Positions 24,401-37,100 of a stretch of DNA of 64,000 nucleotides are shown here, piece after piece. A model generated the notes under the pieces. It did not search any database, was not told the DNA's origin, and was given only the letters and a program-made list of their open reading frames with translations. Positions within the stretch are counted from its first letter, which is position 1, and every line of letters begins with the position of its first letter. The position numbers and the translations under genes are program-made. Source of the DNA: Ylistrum balloti (taxonomy: Eukaryota); NCBI RefSeq assembly GCF_031769215.1, contig NW_026782651.1, forward strand, positions 372,001-436,000, in the 5' to 3' direction.

Positions 24401-27400
24401 CCATGTGTTTGTGTTACTGACACCAGTACAAGAGAATTTATATAAAGGCTCAACATCATCACTTTGCAGAAAGGACATCACATGAACATATTGTGTGATT
24501 TTTGAGAATATTTCCTATCGGTCATAAATTCTACAGGCGTAAAGATAAAAGTCTGTATTGTATTTCTGTAAAAACTTTATGTTAAAGTGATCATTTTCAT
24601 TAAACTTGGTTGAACCATTCAAAAGTGCTATTGGTGTATCATCATCGAATTCAGGGATCACCCTGTACCTATTTTGACATTTGATGAAATGTGTGTTCAC
24701 CTAAATGTAACCTGTGGATTGTAAGACCATATTAAGTTTTATTTATATCATTTCTCGACTTGAAAGACAAAATTCGCAGAATTAAGGGAATATCGGGAGA
24801 CAAATTTGAAATTCTACTGGCAAAACAGAACTGCCAAAGACAGTTTACATAGTGTTAGTGAGATAACTTGGATAGGTCTGCAGTTGTATACTATGGTCAG
24901 TTGATATTGTGAGAAATTCTGAATGTGCTGTTCATCATCCAGTCCTGCAACACAGCACAGCACCTACAATCTGCATGCAGTAGGTTATAAAGTGACCTGA
25001 GAATTAGCTCCAGTGCAGGTAAATATAGATTCATCGTGATCTGTGTTGAATGTTATTATACATTTTTAGCATGAAATATTTAAAAATATTAATGTAAACC
25101 TTGAAAACCTGTAATAACTTCCTAAATATTCATCTAGAATTGAAATTATTTCTCAGGTCCCTGTACAGTATTTCTTCTGTTGGTTTCACTGCAGCCTGTG
25201 CCTGGATAGAATGGGAGATTACACAATATTTTTGAGAGAGAAAGAGAGAGAATTGGAAAGTTTTTTTCTAAAATTAAAACAATTTGGGGGTGAGGGGGTG
25301 AGGGGGAAACAGTTTAGTTTTTGACTAGAGGAAGCAGTCTGTTTTCAGCAGTGAAAAAAACAAATGAAATTGTTTTTTTGAAATTGTTATCTTACCCTTG
25401 ATGTGCAGATGACCTCTCGAAGATTGATATTCATCCAGTTATCACAGCTAACCAAATGACCATTGTACGTCTCTCCATTTTTCAACTCCACCAGCTGTGT
25501 GGAAGATAAGATATCAATGAAATAAAATGAGCAAATCTCATCAAATTCTCGAATTTTTAGAAAGCTTCCACCTGGAACTGGGAAATATGGAAAATATATA
25601 TATAATTCTGTGGGATAAACAATTGATTGTCTGATCATTTTTTTGTTAGAAATGGTAAAATCTCAGTCTGATTGATTCCTTTTTTTCAAATCAACGGATC
25701 TATGTGTTACAACTCCTACATACATTGTATACATAAAAGGTCTTAGTTAGACTGATTGGAGTCAAAAGTCACTAAACATCTAACAATGTTGGGGTAATGT
25801 TGTACGACTTACCATGGGGTGGTTCACAGCCGTCCTCAGAAGAGAAAGGGGTAACTACAAGATTAAAAAAGAATTAAAGTATGTTACAATTGTTTTCTTT
25901 AAAACTATTTGAAATTATCTTGTATTGGAGAAACACGCTGATACTCAGAGTAGGTACTGGAGCACAGGCAATTCTGACTACACTAGTAGATTTGGCTATA
26001 TTGCCAAAATTGACTATACATATAGAGGGCAAATGTAAACAATTGAGTCATATCTGATTGCAATCATGGTGTGCACATAAAAAAATGGACAACAAATCAA
26101 AGCGGGTTGGAAAAAAGAATGGTTAGTGTCATAGGACACCATTTCTGCTGAGCCAGTTGAATTTCATCATTGCGATTTTTTGGTACTTTTCTCAACATGT
26201 TTGGATAGTGAAACATGAAATTTCCTTAATTCATTATCTTAAAAACTCATATCTCAGTTGCTTCAATTGCAAGCAGTGAATGACATCATATTAGATAGAC
26301 TTGCTCTAGAGGTTATAACTGAAACTATGTAATTCCCAGAAATCACCTGAAATTGAGCATAGAAACAAAAAACATTCATTTCACTGACATACATGATTTG
26401 TCATCTATTTTTTTCAACCTGTATAGAAGAATTTTGTGGTACCTAATCTGTATGGTTACATTTGTCCTATATATGTATAGACAGATATGATTATATTGCC
26501 AAATCCGCCTTTTTAGCCAGATTTTCTGGTGCTCCAGTACCTAACTGTCACTCCATAGGACCATTACACATCATGGGAGTATGCTCAATCTGCATATTTG
26601 TCAAGATGAAGAAAAAGTAATCTTGTTCACCAAAATGCTTCATCATGTGTGCAGAGAACAAGAGTTTGGTTGAATAAGACTAAGCAATTAGTATCTTACC
26701 AGGCAAACCTACAGAGATTGTCTGAATGGATAAATTAGGAAAATAAAACATCATGAACTAGTTAGGAACACAGTAAATACAATATTTTCAATTAAATAAA
26801 TAGGTCTGAGAAAACCATTGAGTTGTATATGATATGCAAACTGGCCAATTATATGCTAATATTGGTATAGATTTGTTACTAAAATAGCCAAAATCATTTA
26901 AACAGCAACTTTTGCAATATATCAGTAAAAGTCATATAAATTTATGACAAGTTTTTTTTTTTTTTACAAGAAGACGTTTACTGAAAGTGCTGGCTACTTA
27001 GAAACCTGATGCAACGGTGCTACCATAGTACCTGAACTTTCATAACAAAGACCATATTCACTGGAGTACAGCATCTATTTTAAGTATTTTCCCCACAGGC
27101 AAATAATTTTTCGCAGTTGTATGTCTCATGACTGAACTAATCTATCATGGGCTGAAAATGGGAAAAGCTAAGTTTAAAGTGATTCGGTTATTTTTGGTTA
27201 TCCATACCCAAATTGGCGTATACAAATTGCCAGCTGGCGTATTACACGTTAATTGTGGTTTTCAACCCGACCTGATCAATGTTGTCGCCAAATATATTGT
27301 CCTGTCCGTATACCATAATGAACACAGCAGTGAAAATATTGCATTTATTACGCGTGGTGATATAACGGACTTAGATATAGATACATCTTAATCCGTGGTG

Positions 27401-27580
27401 TTACACACTAGGACCTCCGAGGAACTGAACAACAGAAAGCCGGCAATTTTTTTAACAATTAGCAGTGATTAGTTGTCTGTAATTTACGTACACTTCAATT
27501 CACTATAAGCGTTTAAAGGGTATAATTTACGTGTGATGACAGATTATCATATATGAGGGGGTTTACTAATTACTTACCAT
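9350..27580 (-). CDS. LSM4: U6 snRNA-associated Sm-like protein LSm4, 133 aa; join(27578-27580,25813-25854,25396-25494,23430-23604,9350-9432)
   Basis: Hand-spliced product [82 protein letters not shown] followed by an RGG tail. The Sm domain is near-identical to metazoan LSm4 as I recall it. All introns are GT-AG with consistent phases (0,0,0,1). Confidence 0.96.
10228..10925. repeat. Tandem array, ~41-bp unit, ~17 copies
   Basis: CCTTACTCAGGACCATCCAATCATTGGACACCTTTTTTAGG; conserved TCCAATCATTGGA core. Confidence 0.95.
13033..13917. repeat. Tandem array, 28-bp unit, ~32 copies
   Basis: CTGGGGTAAAGGCAGTGTAAAAAGAAGT. Confidence 0.97.
14625..17330. repeat. Complex 2.7-kb minisatellite (13-19-bp units built from AGTAAC / ACAG words)
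   Basis: CAGTAACACAGAGTAGTAA-type units grading into CACAGAGTAGTAA / CAGTTCACAGAGTAGTAA units. Confidence 0.97.
18300..18495. repeat. Tandem triplication, 64-65-bp unit
   Basis: AATATAAGTTTTATATCATCTGTTCCTAAGTGGTGGACATTCATTTCGTTAGGAATACCCTGTA x3. Confidence 0.95.
18577..18735 (+). mobile_element. tRNA-derived SINE, V-domain-like family A, copy 1
   Basis: A-box-like TGGCGTAGTGG, B-box-like GGATTTGATTCCC, then GGGGTCACCTGCCCGACC...CTCTGGTTT.CTCC.ACAGTAAGA shared with the copies at 58330 and 60170. Confidence 0.7.
18955..19116. repeat. Tandem array, 27-bp unit, 6 copies
   Basis: CCCAGGATTTGTCACACTAGAGAGATT. Confidence 0.96.
19817..20178. repeat. Degenerate ~22-bp minisatellite split by a MITE
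   Basis: TGACCTGCATTCTGACCAGCAG units at 19817-19913 and 20087-20178. Confidence 0.85.
19914..20086. mobile_element. 173-bp MITE inserted into a minisatellite
   Basis: Termini CAGGGCTCTCG / TGAGAACCCTA (imperfect TIR), internal TTCCCAATT repeats, AGCAG duplicated on both sides. It interrupts the TGACCTGCATTCTGACCAGCAG array. Confidence 0.7.
20993..22046. repeat. Tandem array, 58/59-bp unit, ~18 copies
   Basis: CAACATT(T)AACACATACATAAGCTGACTGATATCTACTGAGAAACACTTGGTGGGTATA. Confidence 0.97.
22417..22952. repeat. Tandem array, 32-35-bp unit, ~15 copies
   Basis: TATAAATTTCTTCTGTCTTTCTG(CTG/TG)TCTATCTAA. Confidence 0.95.
23430..23604 (-). CDS. LSM4: LSM4 coding exon 4 ([24 protein letters not shown]...RGGR)
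   Basis: cattag|GAT...CGA G|gtaagg, 175 nt, Sm2 motif plus start of the RG tail. Confidence 0.96.
25396..25494 (-). CDS. LSM4: LSM4 coding exon 3 ([33 protein letters not shown])
   Basis: cacag|CTG...AGG|gtaaga, 99 nt, Sm1 motif. Confidence 0.97.
25813..25854 (-). CDS. LSM4: LSM4 coding exon 2 ([14 protein letters not shown])
   Basis: ttgtag|TTA...ATG|gtaagt, 42 nt. Confidence 0.93.
25951..26543. mobile_element. MITE (~590 bp) in LSM4 intron 1
   Basis: Perfect 15-bp inverted ends TAGGTACTGGAGCAC / GTGCTCCAGTACCTA (possible TA TSD plus 13-bp TIR), with imperfect inverted similarity continuing ~70 bp inward. Confidence 0.75.
27578..27580 (-). CDS. LSM4: LSM4 coding exon 1 (ATG only)
   Basis: ATG|GTAAGT on the minus strand; supplies the Met before LPLSLL. 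Confidence 0.85.
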
Positions 27581-27928
27581 TATTGAATGTTCATGCAGAT
27601 AATGTCGTGAGCTGTTTCTCGTCAAAACGAAATTGAAACGCGAGGTAACGCGAACCGGAAGTGCACATGCGTTTTGCCAAAAAGTAGAAAGGAGTCGTAA
27701 TTTTTTGTTTTTGAAAGTATGAACAAATAGAAAATTTCGATCCGCCAATTGAAAGCTGAATATAAGCATTGTTGCTTGTTACCACAGTTTCTAAATGGAA
27801 AGTTGACAAAGTTAAGAAAAAAAATCTTTTTAAAAACGAAAGTACAAACATTTAAACCCAACTTCCGGTTCAAGTACACGTGTATTTTACTGTTCATGTA
27901 ACCTACAGTTGCTAGTGATGATATTGCT
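27581..27928. promoter_or_regulatory. Bidirectional promoter between LSM4 and OGFOD1
   Basis: 348 bp between divergent ATGs, locally CpG-rich. ETS/GABP-type ACCGGAAGTG at 27654-27663 and the opposite-strand copy ACTTCCGGT at 27861-27869. Confidence 0.75.
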
Positions 27929-28121
27929 ATGGATCGGAAACGGACTGTGAATAACGATGTTAAGGAAGACGCCGTACCAAAATCGAAAAAAGGAAAACAT
28001 AAGACGAAGTCTGTACATCCACAACAGGCCGTTTCAGTGTCGCTGAACGAATGTTACACTTGCGTATCAAACCTGAAGAAATTCGAGACGTCGTACCAAG
28101 CTGCAGAGACTTACGACGAAG
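27929..28121 (+). CDS. OGFOD1: OGFOD1 exon 1
   Basis: gctATGG start, basic NLS-like N-terminus, ends GAA G|gtaaac. Confidence 0.85.
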
Positions 28122-31100
28122 GTAAACATCAGTGTTCATGTGGTTGCACTTGTTGACAGACGATGTCGGAATAGATACCGAGTTGAGTGAGGCATGCCAA
28201 CAGCAGAGTCTTACACATTTATAGTAGGCCCTTATGTACTGTACTGCACTACAGTCGATTTTATAACTACAGCTTGTTATGTAGGTACTATTTCATTTCA
28301 AATGGAAAATTCAAATGACAAATTCCCTATCCCCAATCAGAACATCGCAATCAGCACTGTGCACCATCAGGATTTACTCAATGTACCAGTGTTGTAAACA
28401 AGTTCTTGTGAAAATCATCAGTCTCCAAACTGCAAAGAAAAAGTCTGTGAATAGAAGGTCTCAACATCAGACAGATTTAATTGATTAGTACCACTATGTT
28501 AATTTGAAATATTTCATATTCATCTTATATTTTTTATATTATATATATGTATTTCTCTCACCTCAATGGATCCCTGGAACCAAGTAATAACTGACAAATC
28601 TACTTTTAGAATTCTGCCAGTATAGTATGATCATTTCACCATTATCGATTCATTCATTTAAACACACAAATAACAAACAATATGTTTGGGATGTTTGAGT
28701 ATATTTGTGGATACTATAGGCATGCAGTAATTAGAAACTTAGCTTGTATTAGTAAGCTGTAGGTTATTACATCTCCTATTTGGTGCAAAATGTAACGTTT
28801 TTATTAACCATAGATATGCTGGCAGAAACCAAATTCTACTTTTACATAGAAATAAAAACATATACTTCATTTGTACATGTAATGGTACATGCATGTAAAT
28901 CATTTTTGTATAACAACTATATAGGTACAGTTGTGTGTATGTGTTTTCATTTTGTATGCAATTCACAAAATCATACAATATTGCAGTTTTGATTTTGGAA
29001 ACATCTTTCAATATTAAATTTTGCATTAGATAAAGTACAGCCAGATAATGAATTAAACTGCATCATACAGCTATTCCGTCCTTCCAGGACCCGTCATTTA
29101 TGCTAAAGGCCTAAATTTTGAAGCCCAAGTGATTGACTTGTGATAATCACGGATCAAAAGAAATGTTAAACTCCAGACAGGGAGGCATGTTAGCCCTATA
29201 ATTCAATATAATCTATATTTGATATACATTTGTTTTGGGTAATTTTGGTAGAACAGTATCCTATGTTTTTTTCATTTCAGGTTCACTGCAGTTATACCAT
29301 GAACCATTTACTCACTGTGTTCTACCGACATTTATTGACGATGAAAAATTCTTAAGCAGACTTCAAGAAGAGCTGCTTGATTTGACATTTGCAGAGAAAA
29401 ATAATGACCTCTACAAATTTTGTCAGGTATTTCTAATGATTAGCTATAATAATAGTTTATTTTAGTTTAATTCAGTTAAAATATTTTCACAGAATTTAAC
29501 TTATCAATTTTTTATTGTTACTTTATGTACTACACAAGAAATAGTGCCTTGTAAAATGGGTTCATTTGCTTGGGGTTTGTGTCCCTGTGAACAGCTAGGG
29601 TCATTTTGAGACAAGGTTTTCTCAAAGTAGCTGGTGCCTACCTCACTGAACAGTATACAGGTGACCAGTTGTACACATATACCATCCAGAGCAATAAGGG
29701 TAAATTGTCTGGACCATGGATTGTATGAAAGCTAATTATCTTATATCCCAGCTGTCTCAACTGTCCATAGACAACTGTTTTAAGGTGTTTTTTTAGTAGA
29801 TTGGTACAGAACATGAACTGTTTAACATTCTAACTCAAATACAAATGAAATGGAAAGAGATTTGGCTAATGCAAATGTAGCGGGTGTATTTTGTATCATA
29901 TAAGACAAAACCGCTGGGTTCTTTTCCAAAATTTAATCATTGATCGACGTAAAATAGACACTCTGAAATATACAATATAACGTAATCAAACACTCTCAAA
30001 TTCACAAATCTCTCGTTACATACTCATTACTCAACAATTCATACTTCTTTCATAGACTTGTTACATTTCACATAGTCAAACTATGTCATTACTTTTACAC
30101 TTGAATAAAATATAAGATTCAATAAGATACTTCTAATAATTAAAACATGACCATTCTAATTAGAGTAAAATAACACTTACAACACGTATAGTGCGCTAAT
30201 GTACAATGTCACAGTCGCACCACTCCACAATATCACCACATCATCGTTACAAGTTACGGCGCAACTACAACCAATGAATAACCTGATATTACAATTTATG
30301 TAATATCTTAAGAAACACATAACGCATATAAATCCATCGATTACATGATTTATGGATAATACAATACATACGTGTTCACACCTAATACTATTCTGAACGT
30401 TCAGTTATATATAAAAATATTACTGCTGCAATTACATTCTTCATAAATACAAACACTCGACGGGAAGAATATAAAAGAAATACTAAAAAAAAACAACTAG
30501 CAAGAAATAAAGCTAGAGGAAACTTACCGGAAAGATGAAATCTGAAGACCCAAGACATTTGAACGACCGTCACAGAAGACAGCGGAGATTCAAATGTACC
30601 CGATAAAAGACAGAGACAAAAGACATATACCCAGGAGAAACTTTGGACCAATGAAACAACACCGTCCAAGTCCGTCACATGTCACGTGTCCCGTTGAACA
30701 GTGAACAGTACTCACGTACACAAGTACATACATACACACTACACAAAGAGACGCGCTCGCCAATACGTATAAACGCGCGAAGGTAAAACGTGACACTAAC
30801 GATGTGACCGCGAAAACATAATAATACACATGTATATAACCAATACATTATATATATATATATATATACTACAATACAAAATATAGCTACTAACTACAGC
30901 AAACATTGCCAATATGAAATATCACATAAATATGACATAACATGAATGTTACATGAATCAGGACAAAGGTAATTATTATATTATTAAATATACATTTATA
31001 AACAGTAACTGCAATGTCATAGGATTTATTTCTGGTTTATTGTAGAGCAGAGAAGACCTTAAAGTTGTGTCATCCCCATATATTGGTGCTTTAAGGTAAA

Positions 31101-34100
31101 ATACATTGTATAAATTTAACCTCTGTGAAATTGACTTGTTCGTGAAAGAAAATTACAAATGAATCAATGAACGTTATTGAGAAACAAAACAGTTCCGACT
31201 GTTTCTTACATCACATGAAGATGACATTTAAAGTAAAAAGTTCTTGGGTGGGTCTATAATTTGTGTGGACAACCTCATCAAATGGCGTTAGTTGTAATGA
31301 TATAATACCTTTATAGGTTGTCTTTCAGATATTTGTTTTAACTTACAGAGATCTGATCTATGTTAAGTTTAAAGACTGGCTGGAGAAGGTGACTAACATA
31401 CCCCTAAACGACACCGTCGACATGTCATGTGCCAAATATGAGTTTACAGGTATATCAAAGAGATATAGGTACATGTAATGCTAGTAATGTAGACTCAATT
31501 TGTCATGTTGCTTAACACCTACTTTTATCAAGTTAATTACCTGTTATTTAGAACTAGTATTGGTTAATGTGAGTTGTGAAGTCATTTTAAGAAAGGAAGA
31601 TGAGAGAAAAAGGTAAAATGAAAAAAAAAAGATAAGAAAGAAGCTTTTGTTATGGCAATAGCAGAAAAAATGTGTTGGTACACCAGTATTTCTTAATATT
31701 TGTGACCTGTTTTCATGTACATGTCACATGACTGTCATGTGATTCTTGTAGATACTCTTCTCTGCCATGATGATGAACTAGAAGGGAGGCGGATAGCATT
31801 TATCTACTACCTTGTCCCATCCTCCTGGTCAGATGTGGATGGAGGGGCACTGGACCTGTTTGCTGTGAACGGTGAGTAGAATTTATGATTATTTTTCGAC
31901 ACTTATATCACCTTAGGTTGATAAAATCTTTTATCTCTGTGTAGTGTGGACAAATATGTATCTAAATGAGATTTTGCTTAACTTAAAAAATATTATCCTG
32001 ACGTATCTTAGAATATTTTCGTTTGGTTGGTAATGTAAATAAATTAAAACAGAGTACACAGGTACTAAAGCTTGTATGAAGGATCACCTATTCAGACTGT
32101 TTTGACTATGATCTTTTTGCTGTCTTGTCAAACTACTTTCCACCTTAGTGGCCATAAAATTTAACTACTGTAATATGAAGGAGTAATGAAAAACACCCTG
32201 CCCCCATCAGGGTTCGACCTGGTGACCCTTCAGTCTCTATCCAGACATTCTATCTCTCAACAAAAGGGAAAATACCTGTACATGTAGCGGAGGTTAGTAA
32301 GGTGACCTGTACTCTCAACTTCTACGCTATATCTGAAATGTCTTGTGATTTCATGACCATTTTGTACACTGTTATTCATTGTAAGAAAAAAATATGCTTC
32401 GCAGTGGTCTTTTTTCCAATGCAAGTGATGGTGTGCATGTAGCTATCGAAACATCACACATAAGTTTCTGACTGGTTTTGATAAGAACTTCATTAGATAC
32501 TATCTTGACAGTTGATATATCTCTGTTCACATCACGCAAATTCAGGTGATTGATTCTTTTTTAATTTCTCACACTTTTTCTTATAATAAAGTATTGGAAG
32601 TAGTTTCTCTACTCAGTATATGTCAAGCTTTATGAATGGCCAATGAAACGTGTTTTGAAGTTGACATTACCCAGTCATGACATGGTTTCACTACCGTATT
32701 TTCTGGGTTTTAAGCTGCGGTACATTAAGTGATGATGATTACTATGATTGGTAAAGTCATTGTGCAAGTAGGCAGTTTTTTCCTGAAGGATAAAAAAGAT
32801 GTGCCTCCATGAAGTGTGGGAGAAACAGAGTTTCCAAACTAAGCACTTCTTCAATAAATGAAATATACATGGAAAATCATTTAAAAAACGATAAATTTTC
32901 AGATAGAATCATGTGGAAATATATATTGGTTACTATTATCCTGAAGGTTCTTAGCGAGTAGTATTTGTCTAGTTGTTATAACTTATATGTGATAATATAG
33001 CTGTTATCTATGATTGTATGAAAGCTAGTTATCTTAACCCCAGCTGTCTCAGCAGTCAACAGCTGTTTTAAGGGTTTTGTGTAGATGGGTACAGATCCTG
33101 AATGATTTAACTTTCCCACTCAAACACAAATAAAGCAGAAAGCAATTGGGCCAAGCAATCATAAATGTAAGCACGAAATGGTTAACAATGGAAGATGCAA
33201 ATGCTTAACACAGAATGATCAACGATAAATGCAAACACAAAACGTAATGCAAAAAAAAATGCAAAATACAAAACAAAATACAATAGACTGAAAATAGGTC
33301 AACAGCTTATGACTAAATACTCATTATTACATAGATAGTTTTTTTGTTTGGTGGTGTTTTTTTTGTTTTTTGTTTTTGCCCATACTTTGTTATCAATGTT
33401 CAATTAGTGTTGTGTACCAAAATAAAACCTTGTTAGATCGGGACACAACATACATGTCTATCATGGGCCATGAAATACAGGTACAGCTGTGACTAGTGTT
33501 TAACACAAGGTGTTACAATTCATCAACAATTCCATACAGCAAAAAGTCCTGATATTCCGGATACAGTACACAAACGTTTACAGAGGCAGACACAAGCGGC
33601 AGCCAATCCTAAATGCAAATGGAAGAAAGATTCCAAACACTAATACAAATGTAAAACGATAGACGATTCAGAACCCATAGGCATGAAACGCAAACGAAAC
33701 AATTTTTTGGGAATGTTAGACAGTTCATGATCTGAAAACTTCTGTGAAATAAACAGAAATCACAACCAATCTTTACAGTAATTAAGAATTGTACAAAGAA
33801 TGATGATGTCAGTAACTATATCACACAGAAAATGGCCAGCCAGCTGATGTAGTCAAGTCTGTGGTACCAGCGAGAAACAGTTTTCTGTTCTTCGAAGTGA
33901 CACCTGTGTCATTTCACCAGGTAGGTTCAATACCATAAAATCTGTTATTGTATTTGTTTGGCAAATAGCCGGCCCTTTTATACTATACAATTTGATAGAT
34001 ACAGTTTACTATGTATTAATGATCATAATAAATCCCACCACTTATAAATCTTATATTCAGTGATTGTCGTGCAGAGAAGTGCACAAAGATTTTCCTTTGT

Positions 34101-37100
34101 TATATCCTATTCAGGTACTCATTGTTAAGTCACTCTTACATACAGGTACTCATTGTTAAGTCACTCTTACATACAGGTACTCATTGTTAAGTCACTCTTA
34201 CATACAGGTACTCATTGTTAAGTCACTCTTACATACAGGTACTCATTGTTAAGTCACTCTTACATACAGGTACTCATTGTTAAGTCACTCTTACATACAG
34301 GTACTCATTGTTAAGTCACTCTTACATACAGGTACTCATTGTTAAGTCACTCTTACATACAGGTACTCATTGTTAAGTCACTCTTACATACAGGTACTCA
34401 TTGTTAAGTCACTCTTACATACAGGTACTCATTGTTAAGTCACTCTTACATACAGGTACTCATTGTTAAGTCACTCTTACATACAGGTACTCATTGTTAA
34501 GTCACTCTTACATACAGGTACTCATTGTTAAGTCACTCTTACATACAGGTACTCATTGTTAAGTCACTCTTACATACAGGTACTCAAAATCTGCAGACAT
34601 GATGAGAAACTCTCTGATAAAATTGTCATCTGTTGAAATAATGTACATATTTTTGATGACCATAGCTGTTAATATGGTACCATGTGTGCTTCTTTATGAT
34701 AATTTTAAATAGCAAGTGCTTGATTTAAAGAAACAAATCAAAGATAATAAATTCACTGTGTTAAAGGAAAAAAACAATTCAGGTAAGAAACAAGTCAGTT
34801 TGGCACACCAGAAAGTTCATTTCTGGGATTAGACATTAGAAGACTTTTAATGTCACATTCTGGTTATTATCACATTTTGTTCCGACAAATGACAAGAAAT
34901 TAAATGATTCATGGTACTTTATTTATTCTGCTATAAAACATGTGGTGTCCAGCATTTCGTATTCAGAGTCAGGGGGTGGGGCTTTTTACAGGACAAAGAA
35001 ATGATATTGGATCGTATTCAAAGTCAGGGGGTGGGGCTTTTTACAGGACAAAGAAATTATATTGGTTTGTATTCAAAGTCAGGGGGTGGGGCTTTTTACA
35101 GGACAAAGAAATGATATTTGTTTGTATACAAAGTCAGGGGGTGGGGCTTTTTACAGGACAAAGAAATGATATTGGTTCGTATTCAAAGTCAGGGGGTGGG
35201 GCTTTTTACAGGACAAAGAAATGATATTGGTTTGTATTCAGAGTCAGGGGGTGGGGCTTTTTACGGGACAAAGAAATGATATTGATTTATATTTTATTAA
35301 AACAAGATCTGTATCTGTAGACTTGTTATCAAGTCTGGGCTTATTGCTGAGTAAGTTTAGTATTGTTCTCATAGAAACACAGTTATAAAATGTAAACTTC
35401 ATACTTATAGAGAGGCAATATCAAGTTCAAAATTCTTTTTTACTGAAACTAAAATTTTGCTGAAACTGTGTTTTTTCTTTTTAAATGGACTTTACAATGA
35501 TTTATTATTTAAAGTGTGATAAATGGAATTGTTTCCCTTGACAGGTGGCTGAGGTGCTGTCTGAGGACAAGACACGTCTTTCTGTCAGTGGCTGGTTCCA
35601 TGGCCCATCTATAAATAGACCTACCCCTTTTGAAGAGCCACACCCAACACTGGCCCATGCTATATCAATAGAGGTAAGTATTTACATGTACCACTTTCAC
35701 ACTTCCTAATTTTCATTGTCTTCGATTTTTCTAATAATATATATGTTCTTATTCATATTACATGTACTTATGTTTGTTCTGTCTAAACAGGCCTTGTTTG
35801 ACAATGTTCACCATGGTAAAGCAAAGAACCACCCTCTTTATAGGTCGGGTGTAACAATGTCTCCCAGTAGGTATTGTAGTACCCCACTTAATGTTATATA
35901 TCATGACTGTAAGGAAGGACATTGTCAGTGTAACAATCTCTCCCAGTAGGTATTGTAGTACCCTACTTAATGTTATATATTGTGACTGTAAGGAAGGACA
36001 TTGTCAGTGTAATAATCTCTCCCAGTAGGTATTGTAGTACCCTACTTAATGTTACATATTGTGACTGTAAGGAAGGACAACACCAGTGTATCAATCTCTC
36101 CCAGTAGGTATTGTAGTACCCTACTTAATGTTATATATTGTGACTGTAAGGAAGGACATCATCAGTATATCAATCTCTCCCATGATCAAACACTCCTCCT
36201 GTGGAACTTTGCTTTAATCTAAGACAATAAGGACAGATGACTTTAGAATTCTCCTTGGATAAAAACTCTGTATTAATCTTTGATTGATCATTATCAATGT
36301 ATCAGTAGGAAAAGTTATCTGTGATGGTTCTGTATATTGTTATGTTTCAGGAGGATATGTTTTTTGACTGGATAAACCCGACGTACCTGGACATGATATC
36401 ACAGGCAGATATTCGGGAACGTTTTGAGGAGGAATCACAGATAGAACTCCAGAACTTCCTACAGGTAAAAAACTAAACAAGATAAACAAACAATATGTAT
36501 TCTCACTAAGTACAAGTATACTTTATTTCAGAAATATTTCTTATCCCATCTAACATTTTCTCGTCGAATTTAAAAAAAGGACTATTAGGCCACTTTACCA
36601 GGTAACTGTTATATGTTAGACTTACACAATTTTGGTATACTAGAACTTGCAGCTAAATTTTTAGGTAATTTGTTTTACTTCAGGAAATTTGACAAATAAA
36701 ATGATATCTATGTGAAGGATATACACACCTAAAATCAGATCCATAGTATTTCAAAATCATGGTCCACACAAAGTCAATGACGTCTTAGTAAAATTCTGAA
36801 CATTCCCAAAAGTAAGATTTTTATCATATCCAGGGAGCCAATACAAAGTCTGGTCAGCTTTATAACAGTTAATATCATGTTGTTTCATTGAGCTGAGCAG
36901 GATCCAAACTGCCAGAGTTTCCTCCAGTTCCTACACCAGACATTTGACATTTTGATGGACAGATGTCTATATCAGACAATATTCTGTCATGTTGTTTCAT
37001 AAAGCTGAGCAAACTCCAAACTGCCAGAGTTTCCTCTAGTTCCTACACCAGGCATTAGACATTTTGATGGACCGATGTCTATATCAGACAATATTCTGTC

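Noticed and set aside
32729-32790. Possible C/D snoRNA (GTGATGA ... CTGA) in OGFOD1 intron 5
   Set aside because: No terminal stem and no recognisable rRNA/snRNA guide; both motifs are common by chance.
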